From: Ascidiella aspersa
Taxonomy: Eukaryota
NCBI GenBank assembly: GCA_963924565.1
Contig: OZ004607.1
Coordinates: 30,814,001-30,878,000 of the forward strand
Direction: 5' to 3'
Length of the DNA stretch: 64,000 nt
Below, piece by piece: positions 53,546-64,000 of this stretch. The notes beneath the pieces are model-generated. The model saw only the letters and a list, made by a program, of their open reading frames with translations. It searched no databases and was not told where the DNA came from. Position numbers and translations under genes: made by a program. Every line of letters begins with the position of its first letter. Positions within the stretch are counted from its first letter, which is position 1.

Positions 53546-53737
53546 TTACAAAATGTTAACCAAATCTGTATAAGTGTACATATTTATATAAGTTAATCGA
53601 CTTCAACCATCAAGTTAAAAATGATGCGCTAACAGCCAACTCGATGCAAAAGTAAAGTTTATATAGTTCTTGGTTTGCCACGAAGAGCGTTACGAACCAA
53701 AGGCAAATACAACTTCCTGTCTCATTTTTTTCTCCAG

Positions 53738-53897
53738 GACGTAGATCTTCCGGAGGTTGAGTACTGGTGTCCTCCGATCAGCATCACAGTGATGGACTGC
53801 CGCGCCTTCGGTAGAACTGTCCTGGTAGGAACGCACATCATCAGTAATATATCAAAGTTCGTCTTTCGGCCCCCAGATAAGTCCAAGATCTACACAG
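53738..53897 (+). CDS. OTOF: otoferlin exon, phase 0-1
   Basis: ctccag|GAC...ACA G|gtgggc; DVDLPEVEYWCPPISITVMDCRAFGRTVLVGTH...FRPPD. Confidence 0.93.
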
Positions 53898-54871
53898 GTG
53901 GGCGTTTGTGACTTTTAACAATGGCATAGCTGTTAAACTGGCTTGTGTGTTCTTTTCTTGCTGGCAATTATTTTTAAAGCTTTTTACCTCAAAAAAATAA
54001 AAGAGATATTTTGACCTGACGCCTGTGAGTAATCTCCAATCAAATCTTATTTAAACTTTTTGTAACCGAAGTGGTACAGTGATAAACCCTAATGACAGCT
54101 ACTTTAAATTTCCTAAACATCTTAAAAAAATATTACGAACATTTTATTAGGTCCCAAGCTACCCAAAAACACTTGCATAAGCTACACAAGTTTTATACTA
54201 TACGTTTTAACGATTTTTTAAACTCGCTGCAGCGGCTTGCAAGCTTTTCGTACAGGGCATCCAAGGTATGACGTCATTTGATAACGCATGACCCACTCAC
54301 AAGTCACGTGTGTTTCGACTAACTACCCAATCGACTAACTATATGGTGTGATGGTGTTATGGTGTGGAAAGCATTGTTTGTTGTGCGTCGCATGCTTGGA
54401 AATATGTATCGTTATTGTTTTTAACCTATTTGGGTTTCGATTTCCAAGAAACCTGCAGTTTACATGACGCGGATTTCGGTATTCATATGCACAGTTTAGG
54501 GATGTGAGATACTTTGTTTTATATTTCGATACTAAAAACTCTATATTTTGTAGTAAAAGTATCTATTCATGCTAGCAAAACGTGCAAACGTAATGCTTTC
54601 AAGGGTATTAAACCGAGTATTAAATCTAGGAAGTTTAGTTAACTTCGATTTTTTGCTTAATGTTTTCTCAGAAATTTACTTTTAAAAGGTAGAAAACACT
54701 GAATGAGATTGCAAATCATATGTAACGTACAAGCTAATTTAAAATCGAAATAAGTGTCAATCTCTGGCTGTAAAAATTGTTTGGGTTATTTTTGTTTTAT
54801 TTTGAGAGGCTTTTCGATTTTGCTTCGTTAAACCCACGTGTTTTGTAGTTGTGACCAGTAATTTCACGCTA

Positions 54872-55270
54872 CAGTGTTGTCAACATGTCATTTCGAAAAT
54901 ACCTAAGTCAAGTAATTTGCAAAATTACTCAAGTTCAAGTAAAGTATTTTTTTTATAATTCACAAGTCAAGTGCCAGTCCAGTCACTTACATAGCTAGTC
55001 AATTTTAAGTTAAATCATTGACGTTAAAATTATTTGTTATTGTATTCCAACCAATATTTTGCCTAGCAAACACCAAAAACGAAACAGATATCACGCAATT
55101 TTTCCAACAATTACAAATTGGGGTAATTTTTTTTTACAAAAAACGTTTTAATAAAAACATACAATAATGTATTTTGCCAAAATTACTAAAGTCTAAGTCG
55201 AATAAATAAATGCATCCAAATGACGTCAAATCAAGTAATTCAAAACGGCGACTTAATTGATTACAACACT
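54872..55270. mobile_element. old MITE, same AAGTCA-repeat family as 1366-1920
   Basis: cagtgttgt... start, ...ttacaacact end, multiple caagtcaag units. Confidence 0.55.
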
Positions 55271-56466
55271 CCTGCACCATTTCCTATGAGTACGCACTTG
55301 GCAAAGTTCGTTCCGCCGACCAACCGAGCTGACGTTTCATGATGTGGAGGATAGTGTATCTCAAGCTGGTGAACAAGTATTATACAATATTTTGGGAACT
55401 GTGCCCTCCGTACGTTATGTTTCGCACGAGAAACGTCACTTTGAAGTTTCTGATTTCTATCCTGGGCTATGATGGGTTTTGAGGTCGGCAATAAAACACG
55501 GCGGGACAAACTGCGCGGGTTCCCTTTCACCCAAGCTTGCAACATCAATAAGAGAGTTGCATAAAAAGGGGAATGTCGAATCGGCATTAAATTCGAGATA
55601 AACGCGATCTCCCACCCGAATAAACGAATTGTCATAACCTACTATGGTGGTGGCGCTAACGAGGCCTATACTGAACTATTTACTTGCTACACTGGAAACT
55701 GTAAACATTCCAGTTCATTGAACCCCAGTCTTTTTTATGATTTTAATGTTAGATTCTTAATTTTATATTTGTTTGTTTTGCTGCTTGTTTCCTAATATTG
55801 CAGGGAAGCACACAATGCCGTAAACAATTTGCTGTTGTGTCACTCTAGCATCTGTTAGGATCATAGGTGCAAAAATGTTGTTTGGGGGTTTCTATGTGTA
55901 TATCTATTTGCTTGGTATTTTCTTAATTCTTGGATTTGGCTTAGTTCTTTGAAACCTAAAAGGGGAAATATTTCAGAACCACCTTCATAAACACGAGAAC
56001 AATCAGTTTGAGGTACACCTGGAGAAATGGATAACAGAATGGGTGTTCCTTATTTATTTCGCCAAGTCTGAGAAGTAGATCTATTATAAAAAAACTCGGT
56101 ATTTTTCGCCATTCGAACATAAATCACACAAAACCATCTCAGTCTTTCAAACACGGAACTTTAGAATGGCATGTCATTACGTCAATTCAGCAAAACAAAT
56201 CAGTACATTTAGATTGTTTGTAAAATGATGTTAAGGCCATCAAAGAACTGTTTAACTTTTAACGTATTTTGCTTAAGCTGTATTTTGGAGTTTATAACAT
56301 TTAGTAACCCATTTGAATGTATTTTCGTTTGCGCCAAAGGGGTTCGGGTAATTTATTAAAGAGGATGACAGCATTTCTCAACATGTCTTTTTCGTTATTC
56401 TGTTGCTATGCAACCTAATTAGGGGGTTCAATATAGTTGTGCGTTTTAACAATGACTCACACATAG

Positions 56467-56511
56467 ATGACGAAGACGACGAACCGGGCAAAAAAAGAAA
56501 GAAACGAAAAG
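56467..56511 (+). CDS. OTOF: probable otoferlin 45-nt micro-exon, phase 1-1
   Basis: catag|AT GAC GAA...AAA G|gttcac; DDEDDEPGKKRKKRK; phase matches both neighbours. Confidence 0.65.
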
Positions 56512-57391
56512 GTTCACTTTTTTAGTGTAGAATATTCTTTGTGGTTGTTTAGGCGGTCGCTTGGGTATGCTATACGTACATTTCCAGGTAGCTTTTAAAC
56601 TTGCCGTGTGAAGTTATTTTAACTTCCATGTGACGGAAAAGAAAACGTTGTTCTAACTTAAGTCATTGTAGATTTTATGTGTATTTGTTTGTTACAACAG
56701 ATATTTCTTTCTTTCTTAGTTTTCTTTCTCCAACTATTTTGTTACAATGTGCTTCATTCAGTAGCCTTAATGTGTTAAAAAAAAATCTGATTAATTTTAA
56801 ACAATTTAAACTTTTTAATGTAGGCCTAATATTGCAGTTTGTCACGAGTTGTAATTTAAACTACGTTTCTAATTTATCGTATCCACTGACGCTTAGAAGA
56901 AAAATATGGACGTTTTTTTGTTAAACTACTAATTTTGCATGCCTGTGTGCTGAAACATGCCAAAGTGACTTCTTGAAAGGTATTTTTTTACTCTTTTACC
57001 ATGCTTTGACAACTTCTGTTTAATGGTAATCGCACGATCATTTAAAGGTATCCCTTTGTCCTTGTTATAGATGTATAGTTGTAGCTTTACAACGTCGTCC
57101 ACATCCATTTTTATTTATAAATTTAAACAACAGTTGGCGACTTCTCTTAGCAGTTAAAGGTATTCCTGTATGTACTTTTTCAGCGTCAGTTAGCTGTTAA
57201 TGTGCGTTTACGAACGAAAATCTTTTCATTTCATTAGATGCACCTTTGTGAACTTAGTAGGTGTAGACTTGTAGAGTATGGTTTTATTCTTTTTTGTTTT
57301 TCGTGCGGATGTCCATGTTTTGTAAAACAACCTTTAGATCTTAAATGTGATGGTCTCGCTAATAGAAACCCTTGTGTTATCGTCACAATAG

Positions 57392-57495
57392 GTTTAAAAC
57401 AGAACGGAGTCGCTACCGATACAAGTGACGTCATCGTAAACATAAATGACACCCCTCCACTGCCCCCTGGCGGATTGACCGAAATCGACATCGGG
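57392..57495 (+). CDS. OTOF: otoferlin linker exon, phase 1-0
   Basis: aatag|GT...GGG|gtaagt; GLKQNGVATDTSDVIVNINDTPPLPPGGLTEIDIG; needed to restore phase. Confidence 0.82.
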
Positions 57496-57971
57496 GTAAG
57501 TACGGAGAGCAAGCATTTTTAAACAATTTAAGATATATAACAAGTTTTGTATACTATACTAAAAGTACTCAGAGCAGTAGACCGCTAATAGTATACGCGA
57601 AGGCTTATAAAGAGTTTGTTAAAATAAAAGAAAAGTGTTTCTATACACACCGAAACAATCGAGCTATATTAGTTTTAATTCAAAAAAGTAGATCAATTTG
57701 AACCAATTGGTTTCTTTTGAAACGAGGTGGAGTGTAGCAATAGTAAAAAAAACACTAGGTAGTACGCGTTTAATAATGGATAAGACCACTCAAAGCAAAC
57801 AAAAATCCAGTACATATAGCTATACCTAAAATACAAAATGAGAAAAGACTTGCTAAAGACTTTGCTAAATAAAAAGTTTCTATTGGCGACCCCTTTATGA
57901 TGTGTTTATTTTATTAGCTGTTAGTCAGCAAATCGAATTAGCTTAAACAACAACTACGTATTTGTATTAAG

Positions 57972-58073
57972 GATGATACGAATAAGCCCAAGGATGACGA
58001 GGAAGACCCTCTGGATGAAGCGGCGCTGGACTGGTGGTCCAAGTACTTTGCCTCTCTGGACTCGTTGAACGAG
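57972..58073 (+). CDS. OTOF: otoferlin exon with DWWSKYFAS motif, phase 0-0
   Basis: ttaag|GAT...GAG|gtgggt; DDTNKPKDDEEDPLDEAALDWWSKYFASLDSLNE. Confidence 0.93.
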
Positions 58074-58480
58074 GTGGGTTTGTCGTACGGCACATATGCG
58101 TTTTGGGGGGCAAGCGAAAAAATCGATAAAAACCCTATGTATGTATATAGTTTAGGCCTAGGGCATAATGGTTGGAGGTTGTAGTAAAACGTAATAAGAA
58201 TATCAAAGCCCATAAAGAAGTAGGTATCATTTTTAACGTTTCCAATAAATCTTTATTCTTTTTTCAACGTCAAATTCATTTTTAACGTTAAATGAATAAA
58301 AAGTCATTTGAAACGTTAAAAATGAAACCTACTTCTGTATCTGTATGGGCTTGGTAGCCTATATAAAAAGTCACGTTTGCTTGAGAACCAGCGGCTTTAT
58401 ACACTAAAGGTGGTTCAGGGCAAACGCTACATGTTTTGTCCAACTTGTAATAAAATACCGCAACCTTAATTTTTCTTGGG

Positions 58481-58619
58481 ATAGAAATCGCTCTTCTGGT
58501 GTAAACGAAGTATAAACCGACGTTTCGGCAGCAGATACCAGCTGAACTCATCAGGGTTAATAATTATTAACCGGAACGTCGGTTTATACTTTTTTTACAC
58601 CAGAAGAGCGATTTCTATC
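58481..58619. mobile_element. inverted dimer of a Penelope-like terminal repeat
   Basis: atagaaatcgctcttctggtgtaaa...accgacgtt is the reverse complement of aacgtcggtttatac...accagaagagcgatttctat. Confidence 0.7.
58515..58558 (-). ncRNA. minimal type I hammerhead ribozyme motif (Penelope-like element type)
   Basis: AACC-CTGATGA-GTTCAGCTGGTATCTGCTGCC-GAAAC-GTC-GGTT: stem I AACC/GGTT, stem II CAGC/GCTG, palindromic loop-less helix III, GUC site. Confidence 0.72.
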
Positions 58620-58792
58620 TATTGATATGTTGCCTTGTGGAGCTAACTCTATTTTAAGGTATTTTTTTTCGTAAATGATTTTTAATTAGTTGGCATTTGT
58701 ATGTGTATAACTCTCCTCTAGTTGTGGCCTTTTCCCTTATTTCTTATGTAGCGTTTATTCTAAAACGCAAAGAAATTAATTTTGTATTGCAG

Positions 58793-58916
58793 GAGAAAAT
58801 GAAGCAAGACGCCGACAACGTCCAGGACCTTTACAACGACTCCCAGGGTGAAGGGGATGCCCCCGATCCTGCGAATCCCGGCGATAAAGCGAACACGAGC
58901 AAAGACGTCGAGCAAG
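58793..58916 (+). CDS. OTOF: otoferlin linker exon, phase 0-1
   Basis: ttgcag|GAG...CAA G|gttgtt; EKMKQDADNVQDLYNDSQGEG...KDVEQ. Confidence 0.82.
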
Positions 58917-59274
58917 GTTGTTCATGCTTTCCAACTTATTCAACACGTTACTAAATGTTAGCTTTAAAATCCCTTTGCACCCTTTGGTTTTATTTTGGGT
59001 GCGCAAATCGCCGTAAAGCTGAAAACCAAAGAGGTTTCAACCATAGAAAAAATAATTACTGAATATCAAAGTTCCATGTATAATACAAGGTTTAAAAATC
59101 GGGTTATACCAATAAAATCTAAAAAAAGTTTTTTAATAAAAAAGTTCGAAATTATCCATCTTGAAAAGCAGTATCTGTTCTATACCAGCTTCGGTAAAAA
59201 ACATTTTTAAATGCGTGAAATACCGTGGGCGATCACCCTTTGATCAGAATTACCAGTTACCAACTTTCTTACAG

Positions 59275-59322
59275 CGGCCCAGATGTGGTATGGACAGGTG
59301 GTAGAACACAACAAGAAAAACG
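59275..59322 (+). CDS. candidate otoferlin 48-nt cassette exon, phase 1-1
   Basis: ctttcttacag|CG...AAC G|gtacag; AAQMWYGQVVEHNKKN; open and symmetric, but no homology support. Confidence 0.4.
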
Positions 59323-60371
59323 GTACAGAGTTTTGCGTTTTTGCTGCCATCTTTTCAGTCGTTGCTCATGCTTATACGATCATTTCATTGCTTGCCATCG
59401 ACGCTTTCATACTTTTGCTTTATGACAACCATCATTTTAATAAAGCTCCTATACTTCCGTGCATGTCATATTTGGCAATACCATATTAAAACGAACACAA
59501 CCCATCATGTGTTTTGTCATGCTAAAGCTACGTCGCTTTATCTTTTTTATAAGCAAATAAAATTTGATTTTGTGCAGCGCTACAAAAATTACCTTTCCCT
59601 AAAACGTGTTTTGATTTGCCTAATATTACAGATATTTTATTTATTGTACGCCTGTCATAAAATAATCTGCTTTCATATTCTGCTTTTGGCAAAAGTCGGC
59701 TGCTACAACTATAGGCTGCTTGTAGTATCATTTTGAAATAAATTTCATTTTGTTGATCTGCTTGCGACTGATTGGTTATTTTTACCACAACAGCAGGATT
59801 AAGGCTTTGTAGGTCCTCCGTCGAAATTCGGTTTAGGCCAAAGTGAGAAATTACCCAAATTTCAAGCGGAATAAAGGCCGGTGGCAATTGTGTGAGCAAC
59901 ATCCTCTTAATCCTGCTTTGAATTTCACCCCATTAATCATTTATGCATGTTTCGCCCTGAAACCACTGGATTTTCGTTCAACTTGCGTTTTTGCTTGCTT
60001 TAACTCGATTTTCAATCATACCATTGTGTTAAGTTGGGAAATGAAGAATAAGCTTCGAAAGTAGCAATGCTGCTATTCATAAATAATTTGACTTGATTTA
60101 TGTGAATACCGATGGGTTATTTGAATAATGCTCTGATTTTGTGTTCCATTAAACAAATGTAATTTGATACCATAAACCGCAGTTTATATGAAGGCGTTGT
60201 AAAGTACCCCATGTACAATGTGCATTAATTTGCCTATAATTAACTATAACACAATTCTTCTTCGAAATTAAACTAACAATATACAGTTAATATAGCGTTT
60301 CGTGCGTGTGATTCATAATTTCGTAGATTTGTTGGAGCCGAAAAAACTAACACGAGCTTTATTACTTTTAG

Positions 60372-60511
60372 AAGCCAACAGCGGCAAAGAACTGAAAGTT
60401 GGCAAGAAGCTACTGAAAGGCGCCGTCGGCGCAGTGAAACAAGCGAAGAAAAGTCTCGCGGCACCTGTGAGAAAGCGAAAGCAAAAGAAACTCCCGATCG
60501 ACGAACTGAAG
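60372..60511 (+). CDS. OTOF: otoferlin basic linker exon, phase 1-0
   Basis: ttttag|AA...AAG|gtaact; EANSGKELKVGKKLLKG...KKLPIDELK (the IDELK motif precedes the ELE motif in otoferlins). Confidence 0.87.
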
Positions 60512-61099
60512 GTAACTATAAACCACCCAATCTTGAGTTGGTTGGTGTATTTTAACTCACAATTTTTGATGTTACAGTGTTTGATATTTTAGGGCGAGGG
60601 TGTGGATTTATGTAATGCACTTCTTCTCATATGAAATATTTTAACTGATAAGGTTAAAAAATTATCGTTTAAAAATCTCTAAACCTCATTAAAAAATTAA
60701 TTTAATAATTTCACTGAGTTACTGGGTTAATGCAAAGCGATAACTGTTCTCTTTGTATTTTCTGGCAAAAGTTGTTTATAAATTATAAATCTTTGGCAAC
60801 TAATTTCAGAAAATATACCACGTAGCTATACGACATATTGTTAACTCTTAACCAAGTAAGATTAAAATTTTAAGAAAGTCAAAGTTCTCCACAATTTTGC
60901 AACTGAAATCGAGTTTAAACATATTCAAGATGATGGCGAAAATCGTTTGCGCAAAGCGTTTTTAATTTAATTGCTAAACCCTTTAATCTAAATGAAAATG
61001 TGACCCTTTGGGCACGGAAATTAAGAAAATAGTCTTAAAGTATATTTTGGGGAAAATGGATAAACATTCTCGTTGAAAACACCTATTTTCTCGTTCCAG

Positions 61100-61315
61100 T
61101 TGTTCGACACCGAACTGGAGAACGTTTCCGACTTCTCCGGCTTTAACGACCTCCTGAACTCGTTTGACCTCTACCGTGGCAAGCGTGAGGACCAGGCCGA
61201 TGACATCACCGACCAGAAGCGCATCGTGGGAACCTTCAAGGGCGCTTTTAAAATCTACCGCTATCCGCTTCCACACTACATCGAGCAGCCTGACCCTCAA
61301 TACGGAATGTTCAAG
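61100..61315 (+). CDS. OTOF: otoferlin exon, phase 0-0
   Basis: ttccag|TTG...AAG|gtgatt; LFDTELE...FDLYRGK...RIVGTFKG...DPQYGMFK. Confidence 0.95.
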
Positions 61316-62465
61316 GTGATTTTTTCCTTGATTTGTTGTTGTATGTACAGGGCAATTCCGTAAAAGGCGGTCTTGGCTTACTAAGCCTGCATTTTGTTTT
61401 TTGGTGAAATTCAAGGGTTTAACTCGTTTTTTGAATGATGTCTACTTTTTATAATATGTAAGACCTTTTAAGGATGGAAATTTCTGCATTGTGATTACTT
61501 TGTGGTAGCCAACCAATATACGGTATCCTCTATCTGTCTAATCTTTCCGACAAAATAGTCTTCCGCGTGATAAGGTGCGTGGTAAAATCTAAAGGCCTAT
61601 ACCTTTAAGAAGTTTTGGGCGACGAAAAAATATTTGGCGACAAGACACTATAGTAAAAGTTTTGATTCTCCACTTTGTCCATGTCAAAATACAACACTTT
61701 GAACCGGTGTTTAGCTTGCGCACCTGTGTGTGCGTGCAACCGCTTCTCACTCCGTTTAAAAACTGGTCTTTAGCTCCTCCGCCGGACTACTTTAACCGTT
61801 GGACGATCAATTTGCGATCTGCCGCTACGAGATTAAACAGGTTCGCATCTCGGTCGATCGTGCGCGGGACTTTCCGCGAAAATGCAACGATTCTGGGCGC
61901 GCGTGTGTTTTCTCATTAGCGGTTGACCGCCAGCCGATATCGCGTGCTCGCCTCTCGCCCGCCCAAAGCTGTTGCGAAATTCCGGACTCGGCCGCATCCA
62001 GCCACAGCGGGTACTTTCGGCGCATAGCTGCGGCAAGGTTTGCGCGATTTACGCGATCAACTCCATGCTTATTGCCTCCCAATGTTGGATTTCTATGGCG
62101 GCCGAAGCGTCACGTCGCTTTGCTTAACGTCTAGACGAGCTCGTCTTCTTGTTGGGAAAACAAATCGCGAGCATTCGTAATGACAATGACGGCATTAAGA
62201 GGCGATGGAAAGTCCCGTCGCTGCTGTTGCTGCTTGCACAAGTAGTTTGGGTGGGCGACGGGCGTACAAATAAACAGACGCGTCTTGGCGTCGAACTATC
62301 GTCATTTGCAAATGTTAAACTAAGGTCACACGTGATACTTGAGCCTGAATCGAACGCAAGTAAACAGTCGTAGTTTTAAACTTGCGTTTTAAAAGCCACA
62401 AATGCATTTCAACTTACACTATCAATCTTAGAAAAACATAAGGTGATTACAGGGGCAGGTTGTAC

Positions 62466-62971
62466 CAGGGCTTTGGAGCAGGCGTAAATGTTCAACGGCT
62501 CCAGCTCCAGCTCCGGAGCTCTCATTTATCATAGGTTAGCTCCAGTTCGAGCTCCGGAGCTTATTGATACCACTGCTCCGGCTCCAGTTCCGGCTCCATT
62601 AAGTCGAAAACTGAGGTTTAAGGCTGAACGCTTAATTAGCAATATCTAGCGTTTCAAAATATTCACTAACGAAACACCACAATGTTTATTTAGAAAAGGT
62701 GCGCCAAAGAGGCAACAATTTCTAATTTTGTGAAGGGTTGCTGTTAAATTATGTGAATTCAGATATTAGTGGAAGGCTAGTAGCATATCATCTTATGAAA
62801 TACATCGGAGCCGGAGCTATTTTTTAAACAACTGGCTCCAGCTCCTTCTCCAGATCCATTTAAATTTAACGTAGAGCTCCGGCTCCAGCTCCGGCTCCGT
62901 TAAAAATGCACGGCTCCGGAGCTCCGGCTCCACGCTCCGGCTCCGGCTCCGGCTCCGGCTCCAAAGCCCTG
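62466..62971. mobile_element. hAT-type MITE with (GGCTCC)n subterminal repeats
   Basis: TIR cagggctttggagc / gctccaaagccctg; perfect 8-bp TSD ggttgtac (62458-62465, 62972-62979). Confidence 0.9.
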
Positions 62972-63154
62972 GGTTGTACAAACTTTAGAAATAGGCAGTT
63001 TTCACAAAAGTTTTGTGCAATATTCGTATTAAAAGGCAGGATCATTTTAACGTGACTTCTATCATGAAATAGATACAATTTACAACATACAATAAAGATT
63101 AAAGTGTCTTCATGTTTAAATCCATTCGCTTTATCATTTCAAATACATTAAAAC

Positions 63155-63660
63155 CAGTGGTGGGATTCAAATTTTTTGTCAGCCGGTTCTATTACAAAAG
63201 TCATATTTTTTAGCCGGTTCTCTTTTTTCAACCGGTTTCTCGAAAAAGTCATATTTTCCGGGAAATAATTAAAGTAGTTGCAAGAATACTATGCAACCCA
63301 CGGTTCCAGCGAATGTTGCGAACTGCGAACCGACTGAATCCCATCACTGCTAACAGCCAAACTGAAAAAGCAGTCGTCTCGCGACTTGCACTTATGACGC
63401 AACAATTACATTTTCTGACAAACATTTACAAAAGGAAAAGTCATACAATGTATGACTGTTACGTGCGACCTTGACCATTGCACATTTTTTAAGAAAAAAA
63501 CAAACACGTATGGGCTACTTGGATATCAAAAATCAATGTATTGAATAAAATGCTTAAATCCATTGACAGCAACCAGTAATGCTAACCGGTTCGCTGATCT
63601 CATAAAATTTCGTGAGACGGTTCTATAAAACCGGTGCGAACCGGCTGAATCCCACTACTG
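63155..63660. mobile_element. hAT-type MITE
   Basis: TIR cagtggtgggattc / gaatcccactactg; perfect 8-bp TSD attaaaac (63147-63154, 63661-63668); internal partial end near 63334-63349. Confidence 0.9.
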
Positions 63661-63763
63661 ATTAAAACCAACCCTGTCCCCTAAATACCAACGACCCTCT
63701 ATTTATAAAATTCAATTACCCTGAATGCACTTTGTGGTTGTTAACTTAACATTTACATCTCAG

Positions 63764-63945
63764 GGTCTTCCGTCAAACGACCCAATCCACGTCCTTGTAA
63801 GGGTCTACATCATCCGGGCCACCGACCTTCACCCCACTGACCCCAACGGAAAGGCTGACCCCTATGTGGTGATTTCCCTGGGTAATGAGAAGATAAACGA
63901 CAAGGAAAACTACGTGTCTAAGCAGCTCAACCCGATCTTTGGAAA
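63764..63945 (+). CDS. OTOF: otoferlin exon (penultimate C2 domain start), phase 0-2
   Basis: ctcag|GGT...AA|gtaagt; [34 protein letters not shown]...[14 protein letters not shown]. Confidence 0.96.
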
Positions 63946-64000
63946 GTAAGTATTGAGTGATAGGTCTCTTCGATAAAAAAATGTTTTCCCCTTATATCTC

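Larger units (their letters stand above)
215..63945 (+). other. OTOF: Otoferlin-like (type II ferlin) gene, internal multi-exon portion; both ends lie outside the window
   Basis: Spliced exons with GT-AG boundaries and compatible phases give PQHSIPDVFLWM (FerB), [25 protein letters not shown]...IFDQD (C2D), [22 protein letters not shown] and [22 protein letters not shown] in otoferlin order. There is no DysF domain between FerB and C2D. Orthology versus FER1L4/FER1L6 is not resolved. Confidence 0.93.

Noticed and set aside
1-64000. Most other short ORFs in the supplied track
   Set aside because: They come from a prokaryote-style ORF caller using GTG/TTG starts on intronic DNA, and lack splice, codon-bias or homology support.

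Overview
Eukaryotic (animal) genomic DNA with AT-rich introns and GC3-rich exons. Sequence style and the chordate-like host protein suggest an invertebrate chordate, probably a tunicate, but this is inference and not provable here. The + strand carries the middle of an otoferlin-type (type II, DysF-less) ferlin gene: about 17-19 exons from the FerA/FerB region through C2D, the following C2-like domain and the acidic/basic linker, into the penultimate C2 domain. One intron (10929-50236, 39.3 kb) is far larger than the rest and hosts, on the opposite strand, two spliced paralogous genes for secreted cysteine-rich proteins that the ORF track only shows in fragments. NTL1 is 19256-19014 / 17737-17561 / 16124-15816 (242 aa) and NTL2 is 38426-38289 / 36142-36071 / 35745-35506 (149 aa). 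Their shared C-terminal domain resembles the neurotrophin/Spaetzle cystine-knot fold. Both apparently lack the Cys III-VI pair and carry a new Cys pair in the last loop. This nested neurotrophin-like ligand family is the main candidate for an undescribed system. The window also contains orphan minus-strand terminal exons near 13.0-13.2 kb, Penelope-type minimal hammerhead ribozyme motifs (one with an intact core), several hAT-type MITEs with 8-bp TSDs, decayed LINE/LTR fragments, a tRNA-Leu-like relic and candidate otoferlin cassette micro-exons. All protein family assignments were made by eye from remembered motifs; no database search was run.
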